From Candidatus Enterousia sp. (GTDB lineage Bacteria > Pseudomonadota > Alphaproteobacteria > Rs-D84): a stretch of 64,000 nucleotides of DNA. Positions 47,355-57,589 of this stretch are shown here, in pieces; positions within the stretch are counted from its first letter, which is position 1; each line of letters starts with the position of its first letter. The notes beneath the pieces were generated by a model. That model made no database searches. It saw only the letters and a list, made by a program, of their open reading frames with translations, and was not told the DNA's origin. The position numbers and the translations under genes are program-made. The stretch spans positions 350,679 through 414,678 of the forward strand of contig JAZRMF010000001.1 of the NCBI GenBank assembly GCA_045647355.1. Direction: 5' to 3'.

Positions 47355-48794
47355 ATGTCAGATGCAAGAAAAACAGAAAATCCATCCCCGATCACAGTAC
47401 AGCCGATTGCAGCAACAGATAGAGATCCGATCACGTTGGCTTCACATGCGGCGCGCACATGTTATTCCGCGACAGAGGCAAAGCTTGGTGACATTATGAA
47501 TGTTGAAGATCCGTATCGTGCTGGCCATCATACGTTATTTCAAATTCCTCATTATACATTTCATATAGAGGGTATTCCGGTGTCTAGTATGGTGTTCGGC
47601 TTGCATTTAACTGGTGGACATTATACGACCGCTCAACGTTCAGGGCGTTTTTCCAAAATGTATGATAATCCAGATATGGATGAAATTGAAAATATTATAT
47701 ATGCATATTATCCGGAATTGTGGGCGTCGGATGTAAATCGTATAACAGATTTTATTAAATTTGGTTTGGATGTGTATCACGACAGCAAACCACGTATAGA
47801 TGAACTTGCACGTGACGCAATCAAAGCGGAACGTCCGCATGCATCTGATAAATATATTAATCAGAATGCACCAAAATTTGCCCAGGAACAATTGCGTATG
47901 TTTGTATCCATGATTGCGCCAACGGCATTGGATTGGACCGTTAATTTGTCGGCGATTAACGCGTTTTATCGGACGGCATATACACGGCCTATGCGTGATG
48001 TCATGGACCAGATTGTAGAATTGGTTGAACAAGACCAAAAGAATAGGGCAAACCATGATCCGGAAAATGCGGATAAAAATACCAGTGATATTTCATATAT
48101 GTTCAAGGATTCTGTCCGTGGAACAGAAGATTGGTCACCAGATTATCCGGGATACAAAGGTGTTAAAACACATCCAGAATGTGAATTGATTGATTATCGT
48201 TACGATGACGATGCTTTCCAAGAAATTAATCCACATGATATGGTTGATATTTGGCCATTTACACCGAATACAATGGATAATTCGTTAATGTATGTCCACA
48301 GCCGTGTTCATATTGATGCGGGCGCAACAGGTGGTCAGGATCAACGTCACCGCAGTATTAAACGGTCACAACCGAAATTCACCGGATATTTTTATTTGCC
48401 ACCGTTGTTGGACGCGGCACATTTAAGACCGGCGGCGGACGAATTTATGCAACGGTATGATGATTTATATAAAGATCCGAAATTCGCAAAAAGTTTGATG
48501 ACCATGATTGCGCCGTATGGTTTGATGGTGCAATACGACAAACGTGCTGATTTGAATGCCTTTGTTCACGAACAGGGTAAACGCACATGTTGGTGTGCAC
48601 AAGAGGCGATATACCATATTTCTTGTGATTTGCGTGAACAACTTGCGGAAAAGATAGGTGGTGATGCGAAATTGTTGAAATATATGACCCCGCCATGTTT
48701 GTCGATGGGTAAATGCCCCGAAGGTAAACGTTGTTGCGGACGTGATATTATCTCTGCTTTACAATCCGGATATTTCCAAAAACGACGGGTTTAA
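47355..48794 (+). CDS. Thy1 (ThyX)-fold domain protein, divergent: canonical RHR motif absent; long C-terminal extension
   Basis: …AARTCYSATE…GHHTLFQIPHYTFHIEGIPVSSMVFGLHLTGGHYTTAQRSGRF… parallels ThyX …AARxCY…GHxSxxEHxxFTFxIxGxSR…RHRxxSxxQxSQRY, but has TGGHY in place of RHR. 479 aa. RBS AAGGAAG. Confidence 0.4.
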   Translation: MSDARKTENPSPITVQPIAATDRDPITLASHAARTCYSATEAKLGDIMNVEDPYRAGHHTLFQIPHYTFHIEGIPVSSMVFGLHLTGGHYTTAQRSGRFSKMYDNPDMDEIENIIYAYYPELWASDVNRITDFIKFGLDVYHDSKPRIDELARDAIKAERPHASDKYINQNAPKFAQEQLRMFVSMIAPTALDWTVNLSAINAFYRTAYTRPMRDVMDQIVELVEQDQKNRANHDPENADKNTSDISYMFKDSVRGTEDWSPDYPGYKGVKTHPECELIDYRYDDDAFQEINPHDMVDIWPFTPNTMDNSLMYVHSRVHIDAGATGGQDQRHRSIKRSQPKFTGYFYLPPLLDAAHLRPAADEFMQRYDDLYKDPKFAKSLMTMIAPYGLMVQYDKRADLNAFVHEQGKRTCWCAQEAIYHISCDLREQLAEKIGGDAKLLKYMTPPCLSMGKCPEGKRCCGRDIISALQSGYFQKRRV

Positions 48795-49207
48795 TGAAAG
48801 TAAAATCAGCATATTCTTTTCATACTGTTCGCCGGGCATTTATAATGATGCCCGGCGGGACTTTATTGGTTGCGCCTGAAAATACCGATATATCGCATCA
48901 ACAGATGTTCCAAAACCAAGGAATTGCATCAAGTGACATCCCAAAATTTCTTATGACAATTCCGCGCGGGTATTTTATGGATGGCGAACTATGTATCTAC
49001 CAGGGTGCCGATATGACCCCTGGGGCAATTTGGCGGTTGCCTGTGGAAAATTACGATATTGTGCGCACATTTATGCCACAATTGAAACATAATTTCGAAA
49101 TCGACGATGATGCCAATTTATATTTAGGTGTTCGTGTTGGTGAAATAGGCACCGTTTGGGAAAAGCTTTATAAAACCACAATTGGTTCGTTTATGCATCA
49201 AAAATAA
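48794..49207 (+). CDS. hypothetical protein
   Basis: Start is coupled to the upstream stop (TAATG). No recognisable domain. Confidence 0.5.
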   Translation: MKVKSAYSFHTVRRAFIMMPGGTLLVAPENTDISHQQMFQNQGIASSDIPKFLMTIPRGYFMDGELCIYQGADMTPGAIWRLPVENYDIVRTFMPQLKHNFEIDDDANLYLGVRVGEIGTVWEKLYKTTIGSFMHQK

Positions 49208-49208
49208 A

Positions 49209-49232
49209 AACGGGGCATTTGCCCCGTTTAGC
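49209..49232. terminator. bidirectional intrinsic terminator
   Basis: aaacggggcatttgccccgttt hairpin between convergent genes. Confidence 0.6.
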
Positions 49233-49247
49233 AATTATCAATAACAA

Positions 49248-50657
49248 TTATCTTACAAATCTGTTATATGTCTTTTCATTTATTTTGATTGGATATTCGC
49301 GTTCCAAATATGCGTCATAATCGGCACGTATATTTTCAGAGGACATTTTTGCAACCTCGTCCTTTAACGCATCCAATTTTTTATCATCGGCGGTTGGCAA
49401 TTTCTCATCCGTCACATGCATTACGTAAAATGCGTCAGTATCTTCAACAATAGAATTGTCACCGATGTTTTTATGAAATGCGGCGGTCAGCACATTTGGT
49501 GCCGCACCATCGGTACGTGACACAGATACAGTTTTGCCGGTCTTTAATTTTCCGTCTTTGTTCAAATCAACCAATAATTCATTCGCACGAACGTATGCCG
49601 CTTTGCGCTGTTCGGCGCGTGTCCATTCGGTGGCCAAATCTTTTTTGACCGAATCGAATTCCGCATCATGTTCGGCGACAATTTTATCAACGCGGACAAT
49701 GATAAAACCTTCTTTGGTTTCAATCAGTTCGCTTTCTGTGCCTTCATCCATACTGAATACGCGTTTCATCATTGCATCATCAATGTTCTTGTCCTCAGGC
49801 GATTTGTCGGCAGATAGGTTGTTGTGCTGTTTGTATTTTGCATCATGCTTTTTTGCGGCATCAGCCAAGGCATCACCACCGATAATATCGTCTTCTAATT
49901 TCTGGGCGGCTTTTAATCCTTTTTCATATTCATCAGGTTTGTCCATTTCGGCATTAATCATAACATATGAAATGTCACGTGTTTCAGCAATACGATGCGG
50001 ATTTTGTTTATAGAATTCGCGCAATGCTTCGTCGGTTGGTTTTTCAACCTTGAAATCTGCGAATTTAACCGTTGTTAAATCAATCGTGCGTGATGCACCG
50101 CGCGCATTGTATGTTGCCAACATAACAAACCGCGGTGTTTTTAATTCGGTTTCAATCGGTGTTTTTACCATGTTGTTTAATGTCTTCATACGAAAATCGT
50201 TAATTACATCTGATTCGGTCAAACCAGAATTTTGTAAAACGATATCATATGCCGCCGAAGAAAATTTTCCGTTTTCTTGGAATTGCGGAACGGCGCGAAT
50301 ATCATTTGCAATATGGTGGTCAGATACGACATATCCCAAATCGTTTGCGTGATGTTCCAAACGGCGCAGTGTGGCAAGGTCTTTTACAACCTGGTTTTGA
50401 AAGGCGGTCATCGCAACAGGGTCGGTGTAAAGTTTACGCTGTTCTTCACGTGAAAGCTTTGCCAATTCGTTTGACCGCATAGAGTTATATTGATTGATTG
50501 ATATCTTTTCGCCACCAACACGCATAATCGTTGTATCCGAAGATGTTAAACCAAATACCCATTCGGCCACACCCCAACCAACGAATGAAAAGATAAGAAT
50601 CCCCATTAAAATCTTCGCAACAGGTTTATCTGCCGCATTACGTAAATATTCTAGCAT
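49248..50657 (-). CDS. periplasmic chaperone PpiD/SurA-like (N-terminal membrane anchor)
   Basis: MLEYLRNAADKPVAKILMGILIFSFVGWGV aligns with the E. coli PpiD N-terminus MMDSLRTAANSLVLKIIFGIIIVSFILTGV. Start taken at this Met (the ORF track 50780 adds 41 aa). Confidence 0.75.
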   Translation of the reverse strand: MLEYLRNAADKPVAKILMGILIFSFVGWGVAEWVFGLTSSDTTIMRVGGEKISINQYNSMRSNELAKLSREEQRKLYTDPVAMTAFQNQVVKDLATLRRLEHHANDLGYVVSDHHIANDIRAVPQFQENGKFSSAAYDIVLQNSGLTESDVINDFRMKTLNNMVKTPIETELKTPRFVMLATYNARGASRTIDLTTVKFADFKVEKPTDEALREFYKQNPHRIAETRDISYVMINAEMDKPDEYEKGLKAAQKLEDDIIGGDALADAAKKHDAKYKQHNNLSADKSPEDKNIDDAMMKRVFSMDEGTESELIETKEGFIIVRVDKIVAEHDAEFDSVKKDLATEWTRAEQRKAAYVRANELLVDLNKDGKLKTGKTVSVSRTDGAAPNVLTAAFHKNIGDNSIVEDTDAFYVMHVTDEKLPTADDKKLDALKDEVAKMSSENIRADYDAYLEREYPIKINEKTYNRFVR

Positions 50658-50723
50658 TTTATCCCCTTTTGCGATAACATAGCAAAATATCGTGTGAAAA
50701 AGCAACGGAAAAAAGGAAAAAAA

Positions 50724-51431
50724 ATGAAAATAATTGCAGGAAACTGGAAAATGAATGGAACACGTGCGGCCTTGGGGCAAATAATTGGCGAATTGGCCAC
50801 CGTGAAGACAGAAAACAAAGTTATCTTATGTGTACCGTACACTATGTTGGATGTGCCATCAAAGGGCGTTGTACAAATTGGTGCCCAAGATATCAGTAGT
50901 CATGAACGTGGGGCTTATACTGGCGAAGTGTCGGGGGCGATGCTGGCCGAAGTTGGCGTAAAATACGTTATTGTTGGGCACAGTGAACGCCGTATGTATC
51001 ATGATGAGACCAATGATGTTGTGCGTGCCAAGGCGCAAATGGCACTGGAAAACGGCATCACACCAATTATATGTGTTGGCGAAACCATGGAAGAAAAGCG
51101 CGCTGGTAAAACAATGGACGTTATTACCGCAGGGGTTCGGGAATCTGTGCCCGAAGATGTCCATGATGACATAATTGTTGCGTATGAACCACGTTGGGCA
51201 ATTGGGGCCGGAATTACGCCCACTGCGGAAGAAATTGCCGAAGCTCATCGGGTCATTGCCGAAACCTTATCTTATATGGGGCTTGACGGAACACCGATTT
51301 TGTACGGTGCAAGTGTAAATGCAGGCAATGTGGCCGGGATTGTTGCGATTAAAAACGTATCTGGGGTATTGGTTGGTGGTGCGTCCTTGAAACCGGGCGA
51401 ATTTATACCTATAATAGAAAATGCTCAATAA
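50724..51431 (+). CDS. tpiA: triosephosphate isomerase
   Basis: MKIIAGNWKMNG…IGAQD…VIVGHSERR…ICVGET…AYEPRWAIGAGITPT. RBS AAGGAAA. Confidence 0.9.
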   Translation: MKIIAGNWKMNGTRAALGQIIGELATVKTENKVILCVPYTMLDVPSKGVVQIGAQDISSHERGAYTGEVSGAMLAEVGVKYVIVGHSERRMYHDETNDVVRAKAQMALENGITPIICVGETMEEKRAGKTMDVITAGVRESVPEDVHDDIIVAYEPRWAIGAGITPTAEEIAEAHRVIAETLSYMGLDGTPILYGASVNAGNVAGIVAIKNVSGVLVGGASLKPGEFIPIIENAQ

Positions 51432-51990
51432 CCTAAACAGAGATGTTGATATGGAAGACAAAGAAGTAAAAGTTGAATCTGTGTCCGTAAACGATATAAA
51501 AAAACCGGATGCTGGTACCGAAAAATCAGAAAAGGGACCCAAGGTCGAATCGCCAGATGCGGCAAAGATTGCCGAATTAACGGCGGCTTTGGCAGACGTC
51601 CAAGATAAATATCTGCGTACGGCGGCGGAATTAGAAAATACCCGTCGTCGTGCGGCATTGGATGCGGAATCGCGTGCACGGTCACGTGCGATGGCGGTCG
51701 CAGAAAAAATATTGCCTGTCATGGATGCTGTTGATGCGGCATTGAAACATACGCCTGATGACGAGGGGATAATTTCCTTGGCCCAGGCATTAAAATCGTC
51801 ATTTGCAGAAATAGGGGTTACAAAAATAGAATCAGTTGGAAAACCGTTGAATCCGGCGTTGCATAACGCGATTCAGGTGGTCCAGGCCCCCGAAAATACC
51901 GCTCCAAATACCATCGTTGAAGAAATGCAACCTGGGTATATGTTCGGCGATACGGTTCTGCGTAGTGCGATGGTTATTGTCGCAAAATAA
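51421..51990 (+). CDS. grpE: nucleotide exchange factor GrpE
   Basis: …DKYLRTAAELENTRRRAALDAE… GrpE signature. An alternative start at 51451 avoids the 11-nt overlap with tpiA. Confidence 0.85.
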   Translation: MLNNLNRDVDMEDKEVKVESVSVNDIKKPDAGTEKSEKGPKVESPDAAKIAELTAALADVQDKYLRTAAELENTRRRAALDAESRARSRAMAVAEKILPVMDAVDAALKHTPDDEGIISLAQALKSSFAEIGVTKIESVGKPLNPALHNAIQVVQAPENTAPNTIVEEMQPGYMFGDTVLRSAMVIVAK

Positions 51991-52003
51991 AATATCGCAT
52001 ATG

Positions 52004-52032
52004 TTTGCGAACCCACCTTTTGTGTGGTATAA
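52004..52032 (+). promoter_or_regulatory. sigma70-like promoter for clpP-clpX (TTGCGA-17-TATAAT)
   Basis: -35 at 52004-52009 and -10 TATAAT at 52027-52032 with a 17-nt spacer. The clpP ATG is 29 nt downstream. Confidence 0.45.
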
Positions 52033-52060
52033 TTAAAAGTAATCGAATAAGGATGAAGTT

Positions 52061-52642
52061 ATGTCATTGATACCTGTTGTAATAGAAGAATCGCCACGTG
52101 GTGAACGTTCTTTTGATATTTATTCACGTTTATTGCGTGATCGTATTATTATGATAAATGGTGATATTGTACCACAAATGGCCGCGGCTGTGGTGGCACA
52201 ATTATTATTTCTGGAATCAGAAAATCCAAATGCAGATATATCACTTTATATCAGCAGCCCTGGTGGTGATATTGCGTCTGGGTGGGCGATTATGGATACA
52301 ATGCATTACATAAAATCACCAGTTTCCACGATTGGTATGGGTTTGGTTGCGTCTATGGCATCGGTGTTGTTGGCTGCGGGCGAAAAAGGTAAACGGTTTG
52401 CGTTGCCAAATACCGAAATTATGATTCACCAGCCACTTGGTGGGGTACAGGGCCAGGCGACCGATATGGAAATTGAAATCAATCAAATGCAGAAAGTTAA
52501 ATCAACACTTATACATCAAATGGCCACGTTCACAGGTCGCAAAGAAAAAGAATTACAGGCGGCGATGGAACGTAACAATTGGATGGATCCAAATCAGGCC
52601 AAGGACTTTGGCATCATTGACGAGGTTTTAAAAAGAAAATAA
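52061..52642 (+). CDS. clpP: ATP-dependent Clp protease proteolytic subunit
   Basis: …ERSFDIYSRLLRDRII…ISSPGG…GMGLVASMASVLLAAG…IMIHQP… 193 aa. Confidence 0.95.
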   Translation: MSLIPVVIEESPRGERSFDIYSRLLRDRIIMINGDIVPQMAAAVVAQLLFLESENPNADISLYISSPGGDIASGWAIMDTMHYIKSPVSTIGMGLVASMASVLLAAGEKGKRFALPNTEIMIHQPLGGVQGQATDMEIEINQMQKVKSTLIHQMATFTGRKEKELQAAMERNNWMDPNQAKDFGIIDEVLKRK

Positions 52643-52666
52643 TCACAAATCAACGGGTCGTATAAA

Positions 52667-53929
52667 ATGAGCGAAGATAAAAAAACACCGGATTCAAAAG
52701 AGAAATACCAGTTTTGCAGTTTCTGTGGCAAAGCGGTGTACGAAGTAAAAAAATTGGTTAGTGGTCGTAATGTCTGTATTTGCGATGAATGTATCGCATT
52801 GTGTAATGACATTATGGCGGATGATATGCGGACCGAAGTTACACGTGACGCCGAGAAATTGCCGACCCCATCACAAATCTACGATTTTCTTAATGAATAC
52901 ATAATTGGTCAAGATACTGCTAAACGTACGTTGGCGGTTGCGGTGTATAATCACTATAAACGGCATAGTGTTGCGATATCTTCGAATGTTGAAATTCAAA
53001 AATCTAATGTATTACTAATTGGACCAACGGGTACGGGAAAAACTTTGTTCGCGCAAACATTGGCGCGTATATTGGATGTGCCATTTGCAATCGCAGATGC
53101 AACCACATTGACCGAAGCGGGTTATGTCGGTGATGACGTTGAAAGCGTTTTGACGCAATTATTGCATAATGCAAATTTCGATGTTGAAAAGGCGCAACGT
53201 GGGATTGTCTATATTGATGAAATAGACAAGATTGCACGTAAATCTGAAAACCCATCATTGACCCGTGATGTTTCTGGTGAAGGTGTACAACAGGCATTGT
53301 TGAAATTGGTTGAAGGAACTGTTGCAAATGTTTCTGCCAGTGGGGCAGGGCGCAAACACCCAGGCGAAGCGACTGTGCGGTTGGATACATCAAAAATACT
53401 GTTCATTTGTGGCGGGGCATTTGATGGATTAAATCGTATCATTGGAAATCGTAAAAGTGAACGTGCGGGAATCGGATTTGGGGCGACGGTTGTATCCAAG
53501 AAAGATCGTGAATCCAAAAATTATATCACTGATGTGCAACCTGAAGATTTGGTGAAATATGGTATTATACCTGAATTGGTTGGACGTTTGCCTGTGGTTG
53601 CTACATTGACCGAATTGGATGAAGATGCATTGGTTCGTATTTTAACGGAACCCAAAAACGCGATAGTAAAGCAATATGTCGCGATGTTGGAAATGGACAA
53701 TGTAAAATTGAATATTACATCGGACGGGTTGCGCGAAATTGCTAAATTGGCGCTTGCACGGAAAACCGGGGCACGCGGGTTACGCAGTATTTTGGAAAAG
53801 ATACTTTTGGAACCGATGTTCACGGCGCCCGATAAGACAGATTTGGCGGAAATTGTAATCGATAAAAATGTCGTCTTGGGTAAAAAGGCGCCAATGGAAA
53901 TATTACGCGGTGCCAAAAAAGCGGCGTAG
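52667..53929 (+). CDS. clpX: ATP-dependent Clp protease ATP-binding subunit ClpX
   Basis: C4 zinc finger CSFCGK…CICDEC, Walker A GPTGTGKT and IYIDEIDKI. 420 aa. Confidence 0.95.
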   Translation: MSEDKKTPDSKEKYQFCSFCGKAVYEVKKLVSGRNVCICDECIALCNDIMADDMRTEVTRDAEKLPTPSQIYDFLNEYIIGQDTAKRTLAVAVYNHYKRHSVAISSNVEIQKSNVLLIGPTGTGKTLFAQTLARILDVPFAIADATTLTEAGYVGDDVESVLTQLLHNANFDVEKAQRGIVYIDEIDKIARKSENPSLTRDVSGEGVQQALLKLVEGTVANVSASGAGRKHPGEATVRLDTSKILFICGGAFDGLNRIIGNRKSERAGIGFGATVVSKKDRESKNYITDVQPEDLVKYGIIPELVGRLPVVATLTELDEDALVRILTEPKNAIVKQYVAMLEMDNVKLNITSDGLREIAKLALARKTGARGLRSILEKILLEPMFTAPDKTDLAEIVIDKNVVLGKKAPMEILRGAKKAA

Positions 53930-54027
53930 TTTTTATCACAATTATCGATTGATTCACATTTTACATAAAATTTGCGAAAATGTCCTTGCGGCACGTTTTC
54001 GTTTTTTGCTAGCATACATTATCGGAG

Positions 54028-56400
54028 ATGAAAAAAACAGTAGTTTCTATTGTAATGTGTGCAATTTGCACGTGTTCTGCGTTTGCCGCAACGCGCGGTT
54101 CTGACGCTGTTTTGCGTGGAACAAATAATGTGCAAAATAATCGTAATTCTGGGAATATTTCTTCACGTGTGGCAACAACCACCAATGTGGCACCACGTGC
54201 CGTTTTATCGCGCAATGTCGGCACGCGTACACGTGATGTTGTGGCGGGGACCGCACGCAGTACACAAACACGTACAATAAAAAGTGCACGCACAGCAACA
54301 AGTAATGTTAGTACGCGTGGTGCAATAATTTCAAAGGTAAATTCGGCACGCCCATCGCGCAGCGCGGTAAAAAAATCAACGGCGCGTGCAGGGATGTTGA
54401 ATGTGGATATTTTCAATACCAATAAATCAAACGTAAGTGTTTTTGATGCGGATTATGAAAAATGTCAAACGGCGTATTTTACGTGTATGGATCAATTCTG
54501 TGCGTTGCAAAATGAAAGTTATCGTCGTTGCATTTGTTCATCAAAATTGGAAACAGTTAAATCGCGTGAACGCGCACTGTCCCAGACATCAACACAGTTA
54601 CAAGATTTTAAAGATTTGAATATAGACGCAATACTTAAAACCCCGGCCGAGGTCAAGGCCATGTTATCCGCAACCGAAGGCGAAGTAAAACTTTCGCAAA
54701 GTCGTGATAAATCACAATCTATGAAAAAACTTACCGCGATAAGCAGTGTTTTGGAAAGCACACGTCAAAATGCGATGTCTACGTCGGGCCAATTGGATGT
54801 TGGTGGTGATATAAAACAAATATGGAATACAACTGATTTGATATCAGGTGCAAATATTGCAAACCTTACGGGTGAATCGCTTTATAATGCGGTACATTCA
54901 CAATGCGCAGAATTGGTTAAAGAACAATGTTCTTCGGACAAGGCATTAAGTATGGTTATGTCCGCGTATGGAATGTATATCGAAAATGATTGCGCAACAA
55001 TATTGGCTGCGTTGGATAAACAAGCAAACAATGCGAATACCGCCATACGGCAAACGAATCGTGAAATGATGACGGCGCGGTTAGAAAATTACGATTCGCA
55101 TAATTCGGCGGCGATAAATGAATGTATTGCGGGTGTGCGTGAAAACCTGACGGCGGATACCGCGTGCGGTACAGATTATGTACATTGTTTGGACTTAACG
55201 GGGCGGTTTTTGAATAAAAATACTGGCGAACCGATTTATACGGCTAATTTCTATGAATTAAATAACCAAGTGTCTTTATCGGGTGATGTTTTAACAAATG
55301 CAACAAACGCGAAATTGGTTAACGAACTGAACAGAAAAAAAGAATTTGCAAAAAAGACGCTTGAAACCTGTCGTGATATCGCGGACCAGGTTTGGGAAGA
55401 ATTCTTGCGCCAGGCCATAACCGAGATTTATCAAGGTCAACAATCCAAAATACGTCAGGTTAAAAATGAATGTATGGATATCGTAAATAAATGCTATGAC
55501 GAAACGACCGCGCAGTTGCGCGATTATAGTAATATCGAAGAACAAATGTTGTTGGGCGCACGATTGGAATTGTCTGAAGAAATGTGCGCGGAAAAAATGG
55601 CAACGTGCAGCAATCTTTATGGTGGCGGATCCACAGGGTTGCAATTGTTGATTGAAGAAATGCATAAAATTACTAATCAAAAAATATCACAGAATTGCTT
55701 TGATACATTGAAGGAATACGCCCAGAAATTGTGTCGTGTGGCGGGTTCCGATACATTGCATGGATATCCGTACGGGTGTCGTGTTTATACACCTGGGGAT
55801 ATATTCTATGCAACGCATCCAGAGTGTACCTATATTCACGATCCAACATACAGTGGCGGTGATTTGGAACGTCCAGCTGATGCGAAATTAGAGATTATTG
55901 GTGTTAATACTTCCGGCATGGAAAATCGTATTTGCTGGGATAACAGGATTTATCGTAATTGTAATGATAATTATTTCTTGTGGCGTGGAAAATGTTATAA
56001 CTGTCCAGAAGGTTATGTATGTCGTGATAATATTGCGCGTCCTGTTAGTTGGGCTGGGTGTGGTAATTACATTGGCAGTTTGTATCAAAAAATGGTTATT
56101 TATGCACTGCAATATTGCGTTCGTCCATCAGAAGCCAATGATACTATTCCAAGTGAGGTTTTGGGCGATGTGAATATGTTAATGGATACTGTGCGTTCGG
56201 ATATGGCATCTGTGTTGGCAGAAGATTGCGAGAGATACGGCGGTGAATGGGTTCGGGATTTTGCCAAAGCAAATGAAGAAACCTGCGAACCAGCAGAAGG
56301 TATAGAAAAAAATATGACGTTCTATAACGAAACCAATGCAAACCTATGTTGGGGGTTGTGTAAGAAAAAAGCCACAGAAGAAAATGGCGATGAACCTTGA
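54028..56400 (+). CDS. giant Cys-rich secreted protein, family A
   Basis: Signal peptide MKKTVVSIVMCAICTCSAFA. Arg/Ser/Thr-rich region. N-terminal motif C.TAYFTCMDQFCALQNESYRRCICS, shared with the 3205, 57590 and 59768 proteins. Confidence 0.8.
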   Translation: MKKTVVSIVMCAICTCSAFAATRGSDAVLRGTNNVQNNRNSGNISSRVATTTNVAPRAVLSRNVGTRTRDVVAGTARSTQTRTIKSARTATSNVSTRGAIISKVNSARPSRSAVKKSTARAGMLNVDIFNTNKSNVSVFDADYEKCQTAYFTCMDQFCALQNESYRRCICSSKLETVKSRERALSQTSTQLQDFKDLNIDAILKTPAEVKAMLSATEGEVKLSQSRDKSQSMKKLTAISSVLESTRQNAMSTSGQLDVGGDIKQIWNTTDLISGANIANLTGESLYNAVHSQCAELVKEQCSSDKALSMVMSAYGMYIENDCATILAALDKQANNANTAIRQTNREMMTARLENYDSHNSAAINECIAGVRENLTADTACGTDYVHCLDLTGRFLNKNTGEPIYTANFYELNNQVSLSGDVLTNATNAKLVNELNRKKEFAKKTLETCRDIADQVWEEFLRQAITEIYQGQQSKIRQVKNECMDIVNKCYDETTAQLRDYSNIEEQMLLGARLELSEEMCAEKMATCSNLYGGGSTGLQLLIEEMHKITNQKISQNCFDTLKEYAQKLCRVAGSDTLHGYPYGCRVYTPGDIFYATHPECTYIHDPTYSGGDLERPADAKLEIIGVNTSGMENRICWDNRIYRNCNDNYFLWRGKCYNCPEGYVCRDNIARPVSWAGCGNYIGSLYQKMVIYALQYCVRPSEANDTIPSEVLGDVNMLMDTVRSDMASVLAEDCERYGGEWVRDFAKANEETCEPAEGIEKNMTFYNETNANLCWGLCKKKATEENGDEP

Positions 56401-56469
56401 AATGGTGGTTAATTGCCCCTTGCACATATAATGGAAAAATGATAAAATATGGAAAGTGGGAAGGAATAA

Positions 56470-57171
56470 ATGAAATTACATTTTGCGTCTTTGATTTTGT
56501 TAGGGGTGCTATGTGATACGGCATTTGGTGCGGTGCAGTGGTGGAATATGGATACCGTATGCCAGATTGATAATACGCCGTGTTATACTGGGCTTAGTGC
56601 CGGGATAGATTCTTCATTGGAAACGGGTTGGGATGTTTCGGGTTCGTGTCGTGGTAAAAAATATATATGCGCGGATGCATTAACAAACAGTGACGAAGCC
56701 GTCGCAATGGAACGTGCCGATATTGCACGTGGCACGGGGATAGATTCTGATTTTGATACGACCGTTTTTGTGGCGGACGCAAATTGCTATGGCGCACGCA
56801 AGACACGTGATTCTGGAACTTCGGCACTTGTCAATGGTCGGTATGCACACGTATGGTGTAATGGGGTTTTAAGCAACCCAACCGAACAATTACCAAATGG
56901 TGAAATTACAACAGGTACCGAACCAACGTGCAAACAACTTGCCGCGGATGGTTATGCTGCTGTGTTAAACGGAAAATGTTATGGAAAATATTATAATGTC
57001 GATAAGTATGTTATCGAATGTGATGGTGAAAAGCCAAGTTTGGTTGTATTAAATGGTGCAAATTATTCATCGGGTGGGCATACATCTGTTACGACATCGT
57101 CGGTTAATGCGTTATTCAACACAATGATGACGGCGGCGGCATCGCAACGTGCAAAATATTTTAAGAATTAA
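56470..57171 (+). CDS. small Cys-rich secreted protein (233 aa)
   Basis: Signal peptide MKLHFASLILLGVLCDTAFGA. 12 Cys. RBS GGAAGGAA. Confidence 0.6.
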   Translation: MKLHFASLILLGVLCDTAFGAVQWWNMDTVCQIDNTPCYTGLSAGIDSSLETGWDVSGSCRGKKYICADALTNSDEAVAMERADIARGTGIDSDFDTTVFVADANCYGARKTRDSGTSALVNGRYAHVWCNGVLSNPTEQLPNGEITTGTEPTCKQLAADGYAAVLNGKCYGKYYNVDKYVIECDGEKPSLVVLNGANYSSGGHTSVTTSSVNALFNTMMTAAASQRAKYFKN

Positions 57172-57190
57172 ATTTTATCTATAAACGAAA

Positions 57191-57217
57191 AGGGTTGCGT
57201 GTTTGCAACCCTTTTTA
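57191..57217. terminator. bidirectional intrinsic terminator
   Basis: agggttgc-gtgttt-gcaaccct plus TTTTT between convergent genes. Confidence 0.6.
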
Positions 57218-57222
57218 ATTTG

Positions 57223-57474
57223 TTATTGTTGTTCTGTGGTTTCATTCGGATTGCGTTTGCGTTCGACAAACGTTATGCGCCCCTTGGCCAAATCATATGG
57301 GGTCATTTCAACGCGAACACGTTCGCCAACGTTGACCCAAATGCGTGCCTTGCGCATTTTACCACACACAGTTGCCAAAATTTCATGGCCGTTATCTAAC
57401 TTTACCCGAAACATTGTGTTGGGTAATTTGTCTTCAACGACACCACTAAAAACAACGACATCATCTTTTGCCAT
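57223..57474 (-). CDS. infA: translation initiation factor IF-1 (short C-terminal extension)
   Basis: [42 protein letters not shown]…[20 protein letters not shown] matches the IF-1 S1 fold. Confidence 0.9.
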   Translation of the reverse strand: MAKDDVVVFSGVVEDKLPNTMFRVKLDNGHEILATVCGKMRKARIWVNVGERVRVEMTPYDLAKGRITFVERKRNPNETTEQQ

Positions 57475-57589
57475 ATTTTATTCCCTTTGGGTTATTTGTC
57501 GTAAATAATATGTTGAATAGTCAAAAAAATCAAGAATTTTTTGTTGCGACACGGCATATGTTCTGATAAAATTATATAGAAAATGTAGG

